Positions 1 to 7,837 of a stretch of DNA of 12,900 nucleotides are shown here, one piece after another. The translations under genes and the position numbers were made by a program. The number at the start of each line of letters is the position of its first letter. The first letter of the stretch is position 1. The notes under the pieces were generated by a model, which was given only the letters and a program-made list of their open reading frames with translations, had not been told where the DNA came from and ran no database searches. Location: the NCBI GenBank assembly GCA_964549295.1, contig CAZJUU010000017.1, positions 1-12,900 of the forward strand. Direction: 5' to 3'. The stretch is from an uncultured Candidatus Bathyarchaeia archaeon. GTDB lineage: Archaea; Thermoproteota; Bathyarchaeia; 40CM-2-53-6; CAVXDP01.

Positions 1-1203
1 AAGTAATTCACCTGCAACCATCTCAGATGCGACGTGTCTGTCAAGACGTGTCTGGTCTGTTGTTGGCGCCAGAATCCAGTACTGGTTCCAAAGAGGGAAG
101 ACGACCACAATAGCAAGAGCAAAGAAGCTGAGCAGAATCCTCTTGTTGGGGAACTTTGAAACAATGGTTGGTAGAGTCGTTACCTTCGATGAGAGAATTG
201 CCGTGAGTGGAAAAAGGTAGGACAGGAACCTCAGTTGGAAGGGAGCTGTTCCCCTAACAAATTGAAAGACTACCATCGACAAAAAGGCTACTGCAAGCAA
301 GAATAACAGTCGAGTATCTCTATCTTTCTTCAGCATTCCGACAACAAGCCCCAAAATGAACATTCCCGCCGTCGCTTCGATCAACATTTCAACATATTCC
401 TGTACACCACCGACCCCGATAGTGAAAAGACGATCCCACCTTACAGTCATCGACTGTATTGTATACCATGAAGTCAACTGGCCCGTCTGAGTCCAACTGT
501 TCAGTGACCAGCCAACAACAACCGCCGCACAAAAGATTGAATAGATTACAAACTGTCGATAACTGCTGCGTCTCTGAACTACGCCAATAACCAGCAGTGC
601 GAGGGCAAACACCCATGCTTCATATCTGACAAGCATGGCTAAGATTACTGGAATGGCTGACCAAGCAACTTTGTCTCGAACAAAGATGTGGATTCCGAGT
701 GTTAGGAAAAAGACGGCTGTCACTTCACTAATGCCTAGGGTCGCGATATCTACGAACCAAGGTTGAACAGCTAGAGCAAGACCGGCCGCGAGGCTCGGGG
801 CTGTGGAGCTCTTGTTACGTGTCAAAGCGAAGACTATGAGACAAGTTAGTGACCCAAGAAGAATGTTGAAGCCATGCTGAACATCTAGACTATACACATC
901 AAACACATTCATCAGAACTGCAATCACGTAATGGTACAGTGGCAACCAAGCAATGTTTACCGCGTCACCCTTGTAGTCAGTATGTCCGTAGTTGTTGGTG
1001 GCCGTTAGGTAACTTGTAAGCCAATGATGATAACTGTCGCCATTGTGATCTATGTAGTTCGTTAATGAAATGTGCCAGATTCTAATCGCAAGCGCTACTC
1101 CAAAAACAATCAGGCCCAAGATAACGTCCCTTTTCGAGAGACGAACGGTTGGAGTTGAGTTCAATACGTTTTCACCGAGTTTCGGAAACGTTGGAGGCGC
1201 CAT
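1..1203 (-). CDS. Polytopic membrane glycosyltransferase, GT-C fold (GT39 / PMT_2 / ArnT-like). The C-terminus lies beyond the left window edge.
   Basis: Not in the ORF track because there is no stop in the window. Hand translation of the reverse complement gives 401 uninterrupted codons from ATG (1203..1201) to position 1: MAPPTFPKLGENVLNSTPTVRLSKRDVILGLIVFGVALAIRIWHISLTNYIDHNGDSYHHWL...WLPLYHYVIAVLMNVF...LLGSLTCLIVFALTR...EVTAVFFLTLGIHIF...VILAMLVRYEAWVFALALLVIG... It has many hydrophobic helices. An acidic D-x-Y loop follows TM1 and a WLPLY segment follows that, as in ArnT/PMT-type GT-C enzymes. It sits directly downstream of a GT2 polyprenyl-phosphate sugar synthase, the classic ArnC/ArnT-like pairing. 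The start is ambiguous: ATG 1203 overlaps the GT2 gene by 43 nt, while TTG 1164 overlaps its stop codon by 2 nt. Confidence 0.6.
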   Translation of the reverse strand, partial: MAPPTFPKLGENVLNSTPTVRLSKRDVILGLIVFGVALAIRIWHISLTNYIDHNGDSYHHWLTSYLTATNNYGHTDYKGDAVNIAWLPLYHYVIAVLMNVFDVYSLDVQHGFNILLGSLTCLIVFALTRNKSSTAPSLAAGLALAVQPWFVDIATLGISEVTAVFFLTLGIHIFVRDKVAWSAIPVILAMLVRYEAWVFALALLVIGVVQRRSSYRQFVIYSIFCAAVVVGWSLNSWTQTGQLTSWYTIQSMTVRWDRLFTIGVGGVQEYVEMLIEATAGMFILGLVVGMLKKDRDTRLLFLLAVAFLSMVVFQFVRGTAPFQLRFLSYLFPLTAILSSKVTTLPTIVSKFPNKRILLSFFALAIVVVFPLWNQYWILAPTTDQTRLDRHVASEMVAGELL

Positions 1204-1889
1204 CTTACTCGAAGCATATCCATGAGACCTGTAGTCAATCGGGCTGGACTTGAATACTTTGATCTTCCAGCGCTTCTTGGATAATGTGAGATTGGAACCT
1301 CAAGAATCCTGTAACCTATGTATCCCGCGATCGAGACCATGTAGCGATGAAAGTCTTTTTTCAGAAAAGGTTCAATAGCAAGGAAAACTTCGCGTCTCAT
1401 CGCTTTGAAACCAGAGTTTGAATCTCTAGTTTTGACATGAAATACCCATCTGTTGAGCCTATTGTATGCTCGCGACTGGATTCTCCTGACGGTACTATCC
1501 TGTCGTTTCACGCGGTATCCATTGACAAGGTCATACTTGTTGGAAAGGATCGGGGCATATAGCAACGGCATATCTTCGAGATCGTATTGACGATCCGCGT
1601 CGACGAAGACTGCTACATCTCCGGATGCCAAATGGAATCCCGCCTTTAGTGCATGTGTCTTTCCACTTCTTTCTTTCAACTGCACAAATTTGATTGCGAT
1701 ATTCCTTTCGCAGAGCTGCTCTGCAACACTCGAAGTTTGGTCGGTACTTCCATCATCGACTATCACTATCTCTCCATCTATTCCGAATTTTTCGTAACAT
1801 TGTTGGGCTTCGCGAATCAGTGGCGAAAGAGATTCCTGTTCGTTATGTGCCGGAACTATTAGAGAGATTTGCGTCAAACTTTTCTTCAC
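1161..1889 (-). CDS. Family 2 glycosyltransferase, polyprenyl/dolichyl-phosphate sugar synthase type (DPM1 / ArnC / GtrB-like)
   Basis: 242-aa ORF with a GTG start. N-terminal GT-A hallmarks are present: ISLIVPAHNEQESL, VIVDDGSTDQT, and a DxD-like FVDADRQYD. No C-terminal TM helices are evident. It starts 21 nt after the radical SAM stop and overlaps or abuts the GT-C gene. Confidence 0.88.
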   Translation of the reverse strand: MKKSLTQISLIVPAHNEQESLSPLIREAQQCYEKFGIDGEIVIVDDGSTDQTSSVAEQLCERNIAIKFVQLKERSGKTHALKAGFHLASGDVAVFVDADRQYDLEDMPLLYAPILSNKYDLVNGYRVKRQDSTVRRIQSRAYNRLNRWVFHVKTRDSNSGFKAMRREVFLAIEPFLKKDFHRYMVSIAGYIGYRILEVPISHYPRSAGRSKYSSPARLTTGLMDMLRVRWRLQRFRNSVKTY

Positions 1890-1910
1890 GACTGCCGGCT
1901 AGTTAACTCA

Positions 1911-2987
1911 TCATTTTATAACTGGTCCTACTATAGGAATATGTTCACCGCATTTCAGGCATCTCTTATCTTCTGTTAGGGATACCTTCAAAATGTCAAA
2001 GCCAAATCTCTCAATCAACACATTTTCACAGTTCGGACAGTACGTGTTTTCGAACCTGTGTCCAGGAACATTGCCTGTATAAACGTACCTAACCCCCATC
2101 TCTTTTGCTGTGCGATGTGCTTTCTCAAGGCTCTTCACAGGGGTTCGCTCTCTATCCGTCATCTCATAGGTCGGATAGAACTGTGTGAAGTGAATGGGAG
2201 TATCCAGACCGGCATTGCCGACATGTCGACTCACTATCTCTCGGATATTCGAATCATCGTCATTCACATTTGGGATGACCAGAACCACAACTTCAACGTG
2301 CATTCCAAGCCTCTTTGCCTCTGCAACATTCCTCCAGACAGCATTCACATTGGCGCCACAATATCGCTTCACAGCTTCAGAACCCCCCTTCACATCGAAC
2401 TTAATCGCATCCATACCAGCAACTCCCAGCATTGAAAGAGCCTCACTCGTCATGTAACCATTAGAGACATACGTATTGTACAAACCCCTCTTTCTGGCCA
2501 GAGGGAACAGGTCCAAACAATACTCCAGAAGCAATGTAGGTTCATTGAATGATATGGAAACTCCATTGCACTTTTCGGCAAGCGTTAATCTAACAAGCTT
2601 CTCTGGACTGATGTAGTGAGCGTCTTCAGGATGTGGTTCACACTTGCTTATGTCCCAGTTCTGGCACCAGGGACACAGGAAATTGCAGCTCCAAGTTCCA
2701 ACGGTGAGTGCATAACTACCCGGCCAAAAATGAAAGAAAGGTTTCTTTTCTATGGGATTAGCAGCCATTGAAGAAATGTCACCGTACACAAGCGTGTACA
2801 ACTGGCCCTCTATGCACATGCGGGTCTTACAGAAACCAACTCTTCCAGACGATATTGTGCATCGTCTTTCACAGACTCCACATTCAACGCAATCACCACG
2901 TCTCTTCTGGAGGAGAGCAGGACGCACATTTTCCAATTCTAGGAGATGCTCGAAATTTGCCCTATTCTCGGCAGGATTCATATTCAA
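1911..2987 (-). CDS. Radical SAM enzyme, AmmeMemoRadiSam-system (AmrS) / PflA-activase-like
   Basis: The CX3CX2C radical SAM cluster motif CNFLCPWC is encoded at 2687..2664 and was verified on the reverse complement. The N-terminal region CVECGVCERRCTISSGRVGFCKTR...GQLYTLVYG...NPIEKKPFFHF and the following QNWDIS match the remembered AmrS family pattern. A C-terminal Cys4 ribbon is present: CPNC...CLKC. The track start at 2987 is TTG, and an in-frame ATG at 2981 (MNPAEN...) is the likelier start. Confidence 0.85.
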   Translation of the reverse strand: MNMNPAENRANFEHLLELENVRPALLQKRRGDCVECGVCERRCTISSGRVGFCKTRMCIEGQLYTLVYGDISSMAANPIEKKPFFHFWPGSYALTVGTWSCNFLCPWCQNWDISKCEPHPEDAHYISPEKLVRLTLAEKCNGVSISFNEPTLLLEYCLDLFPLARKRGLYNTYVSNGYMTSEALSMLGVAGMDAIKFDVKGGSEAVKRYCGANVNAVWRNVAEAKRLGMHVEVVVLVIPNVNDDDSNIREIVSRHVGNAGLDTPIHFTQFYPTYEMTDRERTPVKSLEKAHRTAKEMGVRYVYTGNVPGHRFENTYCPNCENVLIERFGFDILKVSLTEDKRCLKCGEHIPIVGPVIK

Positions 2988-3191
2988 GAGTTGATCCCAC
3001 TGTTCACGACCTTTTCTCAGATCCCTAGGAATCGAAAAGCACTATTTCTTACTTCTTGCTCATTGTATCCTGTTCCTTATTATCCGAAGATGATTGGCGC
3101 TAAGGAGCTACAGACTAGTCGGATCTCAAAAAAGCTAAGAAAGGGCATGACGATCGCTATTTGACTGGGCTTTGAAAGTAGCTACCAGAAG
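2988..3191. promoter_or_regulatory. Divergent intergenic region between the radical SAM operon (-) and argH (+). It presumably carries both promoters.
   Basis: At 204 bp this is the longest non-coding stretch in the window and it lies between divergently oriented genes. I could not identify a convincing TATA/BRE or -10/-35 element by eye; there are only weak AT-rich patches such as CCTTATTATCC near 3075. The 72-aa track ORF at 2946..3164 shows no protein-like features. Confidence 0.3.
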
Positions 3192-4697
3192 TTGATGAGG
3201 CTGATGAGTGAGGGACTGTACAGGTCGAGATTGGGAGAAAAACCTGACGAGCTGACTGGAAGATTCCTGTCATCATTAGATCAAGACCGAGAGATTCTGC
3301 TTGAAGACATAGATGGCACAGAAGCTCATGACATAATGTTATGTGAACAAGGGATTATCTCGAAGAGCGATCTGAAGAGGATTTTGGAGTCTTTGGAGAA
3401 ACTGAGACTAGAGTCGGAAAGGGGTACTCTGACTATTGAGGGCGATTACGAAGATGTTCATGAGTTTCTGGAAGACCGAGTGATCAAAGAAGCAGGAATC
3501 GAGGTGGGAGGCAAGCTTCACACCGCGCGATCGAGAAACGATCAAGTTGCGTTAGACATTAGAATGAAGACGAGAACTGGAATAAATGAGATATGCCTAA
3601 AGCTGATCGAGTTAATTCAAGTACTTCTAAGAAAAGCATCGGAAACAACTGGGATTCCAATTATTCTGTATACACATACTCAACATGCTCAGATCGGCAA
3701 CTTTGCTCACTACCTACTGGCACATTCTGATATTTTCTTGAGAGATCTGGACCGGTTGATCTCATGCTACGTCAGAGTCAACAGAAATCCACTGGGAGCT
3801 TCTGCGATTGGCGGAACTAGGTTTCCAATAGACCGATCTAGAACAGCTAGTCTCCTTGGTTTCGAAGGTCTCGTTGAGAATTCTGTGGACGCGGTGAGCT
3901 CCCGTGACTTCGCCTTCGAGACGGCTGCATCTCTTGCAATCTTAATGGTGAATATGAGTCGAATCTGCGAGGACCTCATTGTCTGGTCGAGTTCGGAGTT
4001 CGGATATGTGGAACTTGCGGATGCATATTCGTCCACATCGAGTGTTATGCCTCAGAAGAAGAATCCGTGTACACTGGAACTCATAAGGGGTGAAACTGGC
4101 ACTGTATGTGCATCCTTGATCGAGAATCTTGTCACGGTCAAAGGGTTGCCGACAGGATATAGTAGAGATCTTCAAACAATCAAACCATCACTCTGGGCAA
4201 CTCTGAAGATGGTCAAAGTGTGCTTGCAGGTAATGTTGGGAGCCATATCAAGCATGAAGATCAATTCAGAGCAATGGATGAAAGCAACACGCAACAGCTA
4301 TGCAATGGCAGTTGATCTAGCTGAGGAACTTACGCGCAAAGGGATTCCATTCCGGCAATCCCACAAGCTTGTCGGAACCCTCGTGAAAGACTTGGTCGAA
4401 CACAGATTGGGAGTGAAAGACGTAACATCGGGTATGGTGTCCTCGCTCTCGGAGAGAATCACTGGAAAGAAGGTGAATCTGACCGATACGGAGATCTCGC
4501 ATGTCGTCGATCCTCTCAACTCGTTGGAAGCTCGTCAATCCGTTGGCGGTCCTTCTCAGAGAGAGATTGGGAGGATGCTTCAGGAAAGAAAGAAGAATCT
4601 TGAAGAATACTCAAATCTCGTACGATCACGAGTCGCAAGACTCGGGGAATCCAATTCCAAGTTGAGAAGCATAGTTCACGAATATGTTACTGGGTAA
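3192..4697 (+). CDS. argH: Argininosuccinate lyase
   Basis: About 500 aa. Fumarate-lyase superfamily motifs are present: TARSRNDQVALDIRM, YTHTQHAQ, and the signature loop TSSVMPQKKNP followed by LELIRGE. The N-terminal DIDGTEAHDIML is typical of ArgH. It lies immediately upstream of argG. The track start is TTG 3192, and ATG at 3195 or 3204 are alternatives. Confidence 0.93.
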   Translation: MMRLMSEGLYRSRLGEKPDELTGRFLSSLDQDREILLEDIDGTEAHDIMLCEQGIISKSDLKRILESLEKLRLESERGTLTIEGDYEDVHEFLEDRVIKEAGIEVGGKLHTARSRNDQVALDIRMKTRTGINEICLKLIELIQVLLRKASETTGIPIILYTHTQHAQIGNFAHYLLAHSDIFLRDLDRLISCYVRVNRNPLGASAIGGTRFPIDRSRTASLLGFEGLVENSVDAVSSRDFAFETAASLAILMVNMSRICEDLIVWSSSEFGYVELADAYSSTSSVMPQKKNPCTLELIRGETGTVCASLIENLVTVKGLPTGYSRDLQTIKPSLWATLKMVKVCLQVMLGAISSMKINSEQWMKATRNSYAMAVDLAEELTRKGIPFRQSHKLVGTLVKDLVEHRLGVKDVTSGMVSSLSERITGKKVNLTDTEISHVVDPLNSLEARQSVGGPSQREIGRMLQERKKNLEEYSNLVRSRVARLGESNSKLRSIVHEYVTG

Positions 4698-4719
4698 CAG
4701 AATGCTCGAGTGAAATGAG

Positions 4720-5895
4720 ATGGGAAAGGTCGTTCTTGCATATTCGGGTGGTTTGGACTCAGCAGTCATGCTGACTCTGTTGAAAGAGAAATACGGGTTC
4801 ACAGATGTAATCCCAGTTCTAGTTGATGTGGGTCAAGGCGAAGCAGATATCGAAACCGCTAAAGAGAGAGCTGAAATCGTTGGTGTCGAACCAGTATTCT
4901 TCGATGCGAAGAAGGAATTTGCAATCGAATACCTTTCTCGTTGCATCAAAGCCAACGGATCATACCAGGGTTATCCCGTGGGCACATCCATGTCTAGGAT
5001 ACTGATTGCGTCAAAGGTTGCTGATGTTGCTCTGAAGGAAGGCACCGAAGCGGTAGCCCATGGTTGTACTGGCAAGGGGAATGATCAGTACAGGATGGAG
5101 GTGGCTTTCAGATACTACGTTCCACAGCTTCGGATCATCGCTCCAGTCAGAGAATTGGATCTCACAAGGTCGGTTGAGGAGGAGATTCTGAGAAAACAGG
5201 GGATAGACCCGGAGAAGAAGGTTGGGAAGATAGGCGGGGACATCAACATGTGGTCACATTCGATTGGAAGCGGTCAAATGGAGGATCTCTCGACTCAAAT
5301 AGAATCGGACTACTTATGGGCTGTTCCGATTGAGAAAGCTCCTGAAGAATCAACGACAGTCTCGATCTCATATGGGAACGGTGTCCCGGTGTCTGTAGAT
5401 GGCGAAGCAGATCCGGTCAAAATGATACTGACCCTGAACGAGATCGGTGGCAGAAATGGCGTCGGAAAGATAGACATTCTTGAAGACGGCATTATGGGGT
5501 TGAAGTCACGAGAAATATACGAGGCTCCAGCTGCTGAGATACTTTTGAAGGCTCATGCCGACTTGGAGCATTTGGCTCTTGCGAAGGAACAGCTTCGGCT
5601 GAAACACGAAATCGACAGACTCTGGGCGGACATGGTTTACCATGGGATGTGGCTTCATCCTTTGAGAAAAGACTTGGACGCCTTCATCGATTCGACGCAG
5701 AGATTTGTGAATGGAACCGTTACAATCAGACTCTACAAGGGAAACGTTCAGATCATGAAAAGGGAATGTGAAGATTCACTGTTCGCTCCCGAAATTCGTT
5801 CCATCAAGAAAGCTACCTTCGATCAGAAAGGGGTGACTGGCGCGGTCAACATGTATACGCTTCCATACAGACTGTTCAGGTCCAAGAAGAGGTAG
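4720..5895 (+). CDS. argG: Argininosuccinate synthase
   Basis: 391 aa with the N-type ATP-pyrophosphatase P-loop VVLAYSGGLDSAV and the ArgG signature HGCTGKGNDQYRMEV. It starts 22 nt after argH and is preceded by a GAGTGA RBS-like element. The stop codon is TAG. Confidence 0.95.
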   Translation: MGKVVLAYSGGLDSAVMLTLLKEKYGFTDVIPVLVDVGQGEADIETAKERAEIVGVEPVFFDAKKEFAIEYLSRCIKANGSYQGYPVGTSMSRILIASKVADVALKEGTEAVAHGCTGKGNDQYRMEVAFRYYVPQLRIIAPVRELDLTRSVEEEILRKQGIDPEKKVGKIGGDINMWSHSIGSGQMEDLSTQIESDYLWAVPIEKAPEESTTVSISYGNGVPVSVDGEADPVKMILTLNEIGGRNGVGKIDILEDGIMGLKSREIYEAPAAEILLKAHADLEHLALAKEQLRLKHEIDRLWADMVYHGMWLHPLRKDLDAFIDSTQRFVNGTVTIRLYKGNVQIMKRECEDSLFAPEIRSIKKATFDQKGVTGAVNMYTLPYRLFRSKKR

Positions 5896-5955
5896 AAAGC
5901 CTCAAGCTACGAGGATGTTCCAGACGATCTGACTCACCTGAAGTGAACCTAAATC

Positions 5956-6672
5956 ATGTCAAGAGAAAATCCAAGCCTGATTGAGAAAGGAAGAGAATTT
6001 CTCGAGTGGCTGAGCGATTGGTACACCAACCTAAAACCGATGTCGCTTCACTCCCTGACTGGGGACCCTGCACGTGTCGCAGTTTGTTCGGTTGATATGA
6101 TAAATGGCTTCTGCTATGAGGGAACTTTGTCCAGTGCACGCGCCGCGGCATGTGCGAAACCCATAGTCGACCTGTTTCAACGTGCCCACGCTCGTGGCGT
6201 GAGAAACTTCATTCTGATTCAGGAATGGCATAGCGAGAAGGCTGAGGAATTCAATGCATACGGTCCCCACTGTGTGCGTGGTTCACGCGAAGTTGAAACT
6301 ATCCCTGAACTTGCATCTCTTCCATTCGCAAACGACTTCGTCATCGTGCACAAGAACTCACTTCACACAATCGTAGGCACCACCATGGAGCAGTGGCTAC
6401 AAGAGCATCCAGAAGTGGATACGTTCATAGTTGTCGGTGTCTGCACAGACCTATGCACGTACGACTTGGCAATGGATCTGAAACTGCGAGCGAACATTCA
6501 TGACCTTAAGCGTCGTGTCGTTGTCCCAGCCAATTCGGTAGACACCTACGACCTTCCAATCACAGTTGCCAAGAGACTTGGTACACTACCTCATAATGCT
6601 GAGTTACTACATGCTTTGTTCCTATACATGATGGCTCTCAACAAGATCGAAGTCGTGCGGGAGCTCAGCTAG
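5956..6672 (+). CDS. Isochorismatase-family cysteine hydrolase (nicotinamidase / amidohydrolase-like)
   Basis: 238 aa. The family D-K-C triad context is visible: VCSVDMINGF (Asp), VIVHKNSLH (Lys), FIVVGVCTDLCTYD (nucleophile Cys). There are about 40 extra N-terminal residues before the core fold. The stop codon is TAG. Confidence 0.78.
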   Translation: MSRENPSLIEKGREFLEWLSDWYTNLKPMSLHSLTGDPARVAVCSVDMINGFCYEGTLSSARAAACAKPIVDLFQRAHARGVRNFILIQEWHSEKAEEFNAYGPHCVRGSREVETIPELASLPFANDFVIVHKNSLHTIVGTTMEQWLQEHPEVDTFIVVGVCTDLCTYDLAMDLKLRANIHDLKRRVVVPANSVDTYDLPITVAKRLGTLPHNAELLHALFLYMMALNKIEVVRELS

Positions 6673-6788
6673 ACAGGAATCAAGTTAGCCTTCATTAACA
6701 ATGGAGATCATGGTTCCCTCAGATGACTGGTGGATCGATCTATGATTGCTAGTTGATCCGGAGCGACACGTCAATTGCAGAAAGTCGA

Positions 6789-7766
6789 TTAGTCTAGATT
6801 GAGCGGTTCCTTTCCAACCTGAAGTCGAGGCGCTTCCGAGAGGTTCCGGATCACTTTTTTCGCTTCATTCAGAGCTTCTTCAGGCGTATGCCTGAGTGAT
6901 CGGTGGGTAAGAAGTATGTTCTTAACCTTGGCATTGATTCCGATGTCGACAGCATCCCTCACAATCATATGACCGTATTCATGCGCCAAGTCTTGATAGC
7001 TTTCATCTAGGAATGTTGCTTCAATAATTAGTAGGGTTGAATCTTTGGCAGCGTTGATCAATTCCTCGCAGGGACTAGTATCTCCACTATACACAATTTT
7101 TCTCCGTTTCTCATAGGAGTAATCTTCGAGGCTCAAGGTTTCTCCTTTGTAGTTGATTGTCTCGCCTCTGGCGATCCTGCGCCAGAGTTGAGAGGGAACA
7201 CCTTTCTCAGCAAGCCTCTCAGTCTTCACTTTTCGTCTAGTTCGCTCTGAGACCACATAACCTAGACAGAGTTGATCTTCGGCATGTTTGACCTGGAAAG
7301 CTTCTACATTCAAATGTGACAGTTCAAGTTTCTCTCCGGGCGTTATGCCTACTACCTCTGCGAGATCTCCAGCTTGAGAGACCTTCGCGCACCATTCGAA
7401 CAGTTGAAGTTCGTTTCTTGGGCAGACTATGCGAATTTTTTGTTTGTGGCCAAGCATTTTTCTCAACCATAGTAGTGGGACTAGGTCCCAGAAATGATCG
7501 ATGTGGGAATGAGAGATGAGGACAAATTGTATCTGCGCAAGACCGAGTTTTCGATCGTATATTTCCGTAGTAATCCCAGGTCCCGCGTCGAAAAGAAATT
7601 TTGTGCCGTCCCAGTCGATGAGTATGGATGTTGAGAGGACTGCTTTGTCCGAAAGAGGAATTGCCCTAAGCAAATTGTTCACCTTTAAGAATGTGCTTCG
7701 ATTTGATGCATCCGTATCTTTTCTCGATGTACATCGTGACATATCAACTGAACCCATGATACCCAT
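6789..7766 (-). CDS. rnz: Ribonuclease Z (tRNA 3' endonuclease), metallo-beta-lactamase fold
   Basis: Contains FLFDAGPG and the HxHxDH motif in VLISHSHIDHF. A flexible-arm-like insert is present (RLAEKGVPSQLWRRIARGETINYKGETLSLEDY), then KIVYSGDT, LLIIEATF, EYGHM and LLTHRS. This order and spacing are typical of short-form RNase Z. The N-terminus is uncertain: the first ~28 codons look non-conserved, and an in-frame GTG at 7682 (MNNLLRAIPLSD...) would give a canonical N-terminus. Confidence 0.78.
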   Translation of the reverse strand: MGIMGSVDMSRCTSRKDTDASNRSTFLKVNNLLRAIPLSDKAVLSTSILIDWDGTKFLFDAGPGITTEIYDRKLGLAQIQFVLISHSHIDHFWDLVPLLWLRKMLGHKQKIRIVCPRNELQLFEWCAKVSQAGDLAEVVGITPGEKLELSHLNVEAFQVKHAEDQLCLGYVVSERTRRKVKTERLAEKGVPSQLWRRIARGETINYKGETLSLEDYSYEKRRKIVYSGDTSPCEELINAAKDSTLLIIEATFLDESYQDLAHEYGHMIVRDAVDIGINAKVKNILLTHRSLRHTPEEALNEAKKVIRNLSEAPRLQVGKEPLNLD

Positions 7767-7837
7767 GGAATCTATGTCGTGTTATTCATGGAGCCAATGA
7801 TAATGCTTGATTTGGAAAGTTTTTTCTTTGGAAGGAG
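7767..7837. promoter_or_regulatory. Short divergent intergenic region between rnz (-) and the nitroreductase locus (+)
   Basis: 71 bp between divergent starts. It contains a T-rich tract (AAAGTTTTTTCTTTGG) followed by a GAAGGAG Shine-Dalgarno-like element at 7831..7837. No defined promoter motif was recognised. Confidence 0.25.

Noticed and set aside
31-54. 10-nt direct repeat GACGTGTCTG separated by TCAA (31..40 and 45..54)
   Set aside because: It lies inside the GT-C coding frame, encoding ...QTRLDRHV... A single exact 10-mer repeat at short offset is not clearly beyond chance in a window of this size. No further copies were noticed.
389-616. 75-aa Cys/Trp-rich ORF, the only track ORF in 1..1160
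   Set aside because: It is an out-of-frame ORF on the same strand inside the 401-codon GT-C membrane protein frame, and its composition is not protein-like.
2946-3164. 72-aa ORF spanning the radical SAM start and most of the divergent intergenic region
   Set aside because: It overlaps the 5' end of the radical SAM gene on the opposite strand, has no motif or hydrophobic pattern, and has no RBS. The region is more plausibly promoter DNA.
6673-6788. 116-bp convergent spacer checked for a tRNA, small RNA or small ORF
   Set aside because: There is no T-loop or D-loop-like consensus and no extended stem. Only short palindromes (GATCGATC, CAATTG) and a 14-codon ORF with no RBS are present.
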